Of a DNA stretch of 37,395 nucleotides, positions 33,651 to 37,395 are shown piece by piece. The notes beneath the pieces were generated by a model, which saw nothing but the letters and a program-made list of their open reading frames with translations, did no database searches and had not been told where the DNA came from. Numbering within the stretch: position 1 is the stretch's first letter; each line of letters begins with the position of its first letter. Origin of the DNA: Sminthopsis crassicaudata (taxonomy: Eukaryota). A program made the position numbers and the translations under genes. The stretch spans positions 22,161,728 through 22,199,122 of the forward strand of contig NC_133620.1 in NCBI RefSeq assembly GCF_048593235.1. The letters are read 5' to 3'.

Positions 33651-34875
33651 GATTGATTGTGTCTGTTAGAGCAATTATTTATTGTGTGTGAATTTGTGGT
33701 AAAAAGTACAAGGCTAAACAAGTCTCTTAGGGCCCCAAGGAACAAGCCACTCCTCCCCTGCATAATTTTGATTGGTGGCTCATTGAAGGAAAATAGCAAC
33801 AACTCAACATCTGTGAACTCATATCAGTAGATGTAATGCTCAGGCTAGCTTTCCCGAGGATCTCAGGACCAGCCTTAATCTTAGTGCAGGAGGCAGGAGG
33901 CAGGAGAACCACCAGGAGGATGGTCAAAGATGGAATGTCTCATTTCCAGTCCTCTCAGCCCTAATATACCTCAATGTGATTACATCATTATAGCACACTG
34001 AGCATGTGTGAACTAGAGAACCATGACATCACCATGCCGAGCACTAAGTATCTATGGGAACTAGAGAACCATGGCATCGCCACGCCGAGCACTAAGTATC
34101 TATGGGAACTAGAGAACCATGGCATCGCCACGCCGAGCACTAAGTATCTATGGGAACTAGAGAGCCATGGCATCGCCACGCCGAGCACTAAGTATCTATG
34201 GGAACTAGAGAGCCATGGCATCGCCACGCCGAGCACTAAGTATCTATGGGAACTAGAGAGCCATGGCATCGCCACGCCGAGCACTAAGTATCTATGGGAA
34301 CTAGAGAGCCATGGCATCGCCACGCCGAGCACTAAGTATCTATGGGAACTAGAGAGCCATGGCATCGCCACGCCGAGCACTAAGTATCTATGGGAACTAG
34401 AGAACCATGGCATCGCCACGCCGAGCACTAAGTATCTATGGGAACTAGAGAGCCATGGCATCGCCACGCCGAGCACTAAGTATCTATGGGAACTAGAGAG
34501 CCATGGCATCGCCACGCCGAGCACTAAGTATCTATGGGAACTAGAGAGCCATGGCATCGCCACGCCGAGCACTAAGTATCTATGGGAACTAGAGAGCCAT
34601 GGCATCGCCACGCCGAGCACTAAGTATCTATGGGAACTAGAGAGCCATGGCATCGCCACGCCGAGCACTAAGTATCTATGGGAACTAGAGAGCCATGGCA
34701 TCGCCACGCCGAGCACTAAGTATCTATGGGAACTAGAGAGCCATGACATCGCCATGCTGAGTACTAAGTATATATGGGAACTAGAGAGCCATCATTTCAT
34801 CTATTCCACTGAGTAACACTTTGTTGCAAGTTTCCTTGTTTCAAGCATACTTCTCCAGAGTTCCAGCCCTCTATA
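33650..34875 (-). mobile_element. Solo ERV LTR carrying an expanded 48-bp array (left boundary approximate)
   Basis: Homologous to 7643-7932 on both sides of the array. Begins TATAGAGGG on the - strand at 34875; TATA-like TATATT at 33968-33963; AATAAA on the - strand at about 33680. Confidence 0.8.
34010..34792. repeat. 48-bp minisatellite (VNTR), about 16.3 copies
   Basis: Unit GAACTAGAGA(G/A)CCATGGCATCGCCACGCCGAGCACTAAGTATCTATGG. Units 2-15 differ only at one G/A site; units 1 and 16 are degenerate. Confidence 0.98.
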
Positions 34876-35659
34876 AGTAGATATCTGTCCCTGGGGAATA
34901 GTTGAGGAATGAGTATCATCCAATCCTGGAAAGATTAAGGTAAGAACCTTTAAACTTTTTTTCATCTACATCAAAGGTGTGTATATGATTCTTAATAACG
35001 GACCCCAAACTATGATTATTGGACCTTGATGTTAGACTTTGTGGGACTATAATTGATGTAGTCTGATTTCAGGTAGGATGATCAAGAAATGCTATTGGGC
35101 CATGGATCAATAAGAGCAGCAGGCAATAGGAATGGCCTCTGGCAACTACTTCAGATGGAGTTTTATCTCAAGGAAAGGTGAGGATGGCCACTTTGAGTCT
35201 GGGTTGAGGTGGGATAATCCTGGCCTGATTACCTTAGTGTAGCATTTCTTCTTGAATGAAGACTTTCTCCACCTGGACAAAATTCTGAGGTTAGCTGTAC
35301 CACTGTTTCAGTGATTCCTATTTTGAATTGACATTAAGTTAGGGAAGTATCCCCTCCTTACTATAGCTATGTCCTTTTTCTTTCTATGACAAATTTCTAT
35401 ATTCATGGCAGGTAATCAGTATGAACTCAATATTAAATCTTTTATCTTATGGGCTAACACTGGAGCACATCTGAACTACCATAATAAGATATAGGTCCAA
35501 GGTTTGAACTCTTTAGTCTAGAATTTTAGTCCTTTCTAAAATTAATGTGAGAATAATTAGGTATTGATGGAATAGTTTATAGGACCAAACTGTTTTTTCT
35601 ATAAATAATTAAGCCTAAAACAGAAACATCTTCAGGTTTTGTCTGAAGAAAAGAATTTT

Positions 35660-35795
35660 AGGGGCAGCTAGGTGGTGCAATGGACAGAGCACCAGCCCTG
35701 AAGTCAGGAGGACCTGAGTTCAAATATGGCCTCAGACACTTAACACTTCCTAGCTATGTGACCCTGGGCAAGTCACTTAACAGGGAAAAAAAAAA
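35660..35795 (+). mobile_element. WSINE1-type SINE
   Basis: Near-consensus body with A tail. Confidence 0.9.
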
Positions 35796-36109
35796 GATGT
35801 AAAACCAAGATAGCTTGTAAGCCTGCTGGACCAGGGCCAACCTCTCAGCTTCCACCCCCTGATGGGTCTATTAGGCCTCTAAAGGACCCCTGGAATCTTT
35901 TGGTTTTGGTCTTGGTTGCTAACAGGCCTAATAAAAGAATTGCACAGGTTTGCCCTAGAGAGAGAAATATTTCATGGAGACCATCAGATTATAGGCTACA
36001 GGGGAATTCTTAGGAATGAAAATGTTAATTTCATAACCAAGTATATAGTCTGGGTCATTGGTGATTGCAGGCATGGAGGTGAAGGACTTCAGAAATGAGT
36101 TTGTCCGTG

Positions 36110-36335
36110 TCTTAGCATGTGATTCACAGGCCTCTACGGAGATAGATTTCGGGGTCCATGGGCCAATTTATTCAATATGGGGAAAATCACATCTTTAATT
36201 TCATGAAAGTCTAATTGAAATTAAATAGTCTTTCAATGACTTAAAAAAAAAAAAAACAACATCCTTCTGAGAAGAAGTTCATTGGCTTTGTAAGACTGTC
36301 CTAGGGATCCATGAGGCAGAAAAGTTTGAATTATC
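36110..36335. mobile_element. Old non-autonomous DNA transposon fragment (hAT/MER103C-like)
   Basis: 'gatagatttcggggtccatgg...atctttaatttc...ttctgagaagaagttcattggcttt...gggatccatgaggcagaaaagtttg'; family assigned from recall. Confidence 0.45.
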
Positions 36336-36676
36336 CATGACCTTGTCCAACTCCCTCATTTTACACATAAGGAAAATAAGGCTCAGGAGTGGATTTACTT
36401 TGCTCAGGATCATACAGGAAATAAATAGAAAGCCTAACCCTGAACCTAAGACTTCTGACTCAAATCAGTGCTCTTTCTGTCAACAGTGATTCCTATGTAA
36501 TAAAAATTAAATTATTTATAAGAGCCCTACAGTATAAGGCACACACCTATTCCAATTGGACTAAATATTTTCTCCTAGGTCTATTTCGACATGCATGGCT
36601 TGCATCTTAGTGGCTTTGGTTACAAAGCGAACCAGGCTAATTCAGGAGATGGAGGGAGTTAAAGAAGTAGCATGGA

Positions 36677-36827
36677 GGGACAGCTAGATGGTACAGTGGC
36701 TAGAGCACCAGCCCTGAAGTCAGGAGGACCTGAATTCAAATCCAGCCTCAGACACTTAATACTTCTTAAAGTATTGACCTTGGGCAAGTCACTTAACTTC
36801 AATTGCCTGAGCAAAAAGAAAAAAAGA
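36677..36827 (+). mobile_element. WSINE1-type SINE with 12-bp TSD
   Basis: TSD AAGTAGCATGGA at 36665-36676 and 36828-36839. Confidence 0.92.
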
Positions 36828-37395
36828 AAGTAGCATGGATATCTGCCTTCGCTGCACACGGAATACTACAGAACCTTTCCATCTGAATTGGAATGAAACC
36901 TTCCATATATGTTGTCTTTTCCATCAGAGTATGAGTTTCTAGAGAACAGAGACTCTTACTTTTTTGTTTGTGCTTTATATAAGTTTTAAATAAATCTTCT
37001 TTGTCCTCATTCATACATTCATGGAGTCACTCCCTTGGTGGGAGGACATAGTGATGCAGTTGTGGAGCACAAAGTCCAACTAGAATTCCTGAAAAGAATG
37101 AAGCAAGACTTTTTTTTTAATTTACAAAACTAAAAATGATTTTATAAATGAAATGAGAATACCAGAACAAACAACAGGAAAACAAAAAAGCACCGGGGGG
37201 CGGGGTGGGGAGGAGTGGAAATGCAAGAATTAGCAACTTGACACAAGAAGTAGGAAACCTTACCCAAGCAACAGATGCCTTGAAAATTAGACCAAACAGA
37301 AGTCAACTATCCTAGGAAAAAATAAGAAATGTTAAGACAAAGTCAAAAGATTGAAAAAATATAGAGATGATATCTCAAATCAAAAAGCAACTAAT

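Noticed and set aside
34010-34792. CRISPR-like array
   Set aside because: The units are contiguous with no unique spacers, there are no cas genes, and the context is eukaryotic.
33988-34816. 270-aa (+) and 255-aa (-) repeat-protein ORFs
   Set aside because: By-products of a stop-free 48-nt (16-codon) tandem unit inside an LTR. Both strands are open and there is no gene context or recognisable protein.
7420-34875. A single giant provirus with 5' and 3' LTRs enclosing DIO1
   Set aside because: The LTRs share only part of their length, are ~26 kb apart, and no gag/pol/env, PBS or PPT was recognised between them.
12525-36827. tRNA genes suggested by A/B-box motifs (ggtggcgcagtgg...gagttcaaatc)
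   Set aside because: These are tRNA-derived SINE heads (WSINE1/MAR1) followed by SINE bodies; no cloverleaf is completed.

Overview
Eukaryotic (marsupial, most likely dasyurid) genomic DNA with four assembly gaps; the species inference rests on the SINE/L1/hAT repeat set. Two intron-containing genes lie tail-to-tail, as in eutherians. On the + strand are the last four coding exons of IFT25/HSPB11 (2836-5766); its first coding exon was not found and is probably upstream of the window. On the - strand is a complete four-exon DIO1 (type 1 iodothyronine deiodinase, 23394-9581, 245 aa), with an in-frame UGA selenocysteine codon at 21202-21200 and a 3'UTR SECIS element whose core starts GUGA instead of AUGA. 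The rest is mostly transposable elements: WSINE1/MAR1/MIR SINEs, L1/L2/L3 relics, LTRs and an OC1-type hAT MITE with a perfect 8-bp target-site duplication (TSD). The most unusual structure is a near-homogeneous 16-copy 48-bp CpG-rich minisatellite inside an LTR about 10.5 kb upstream of, and sense to, DIO1. A sister LTR downstream of DIO1 still carries the unexpanded (~1.3-copy) state. Gene and repeat-family identifications come from recalled reference sequences, not database searches. Most ORF-track entries are spurious.
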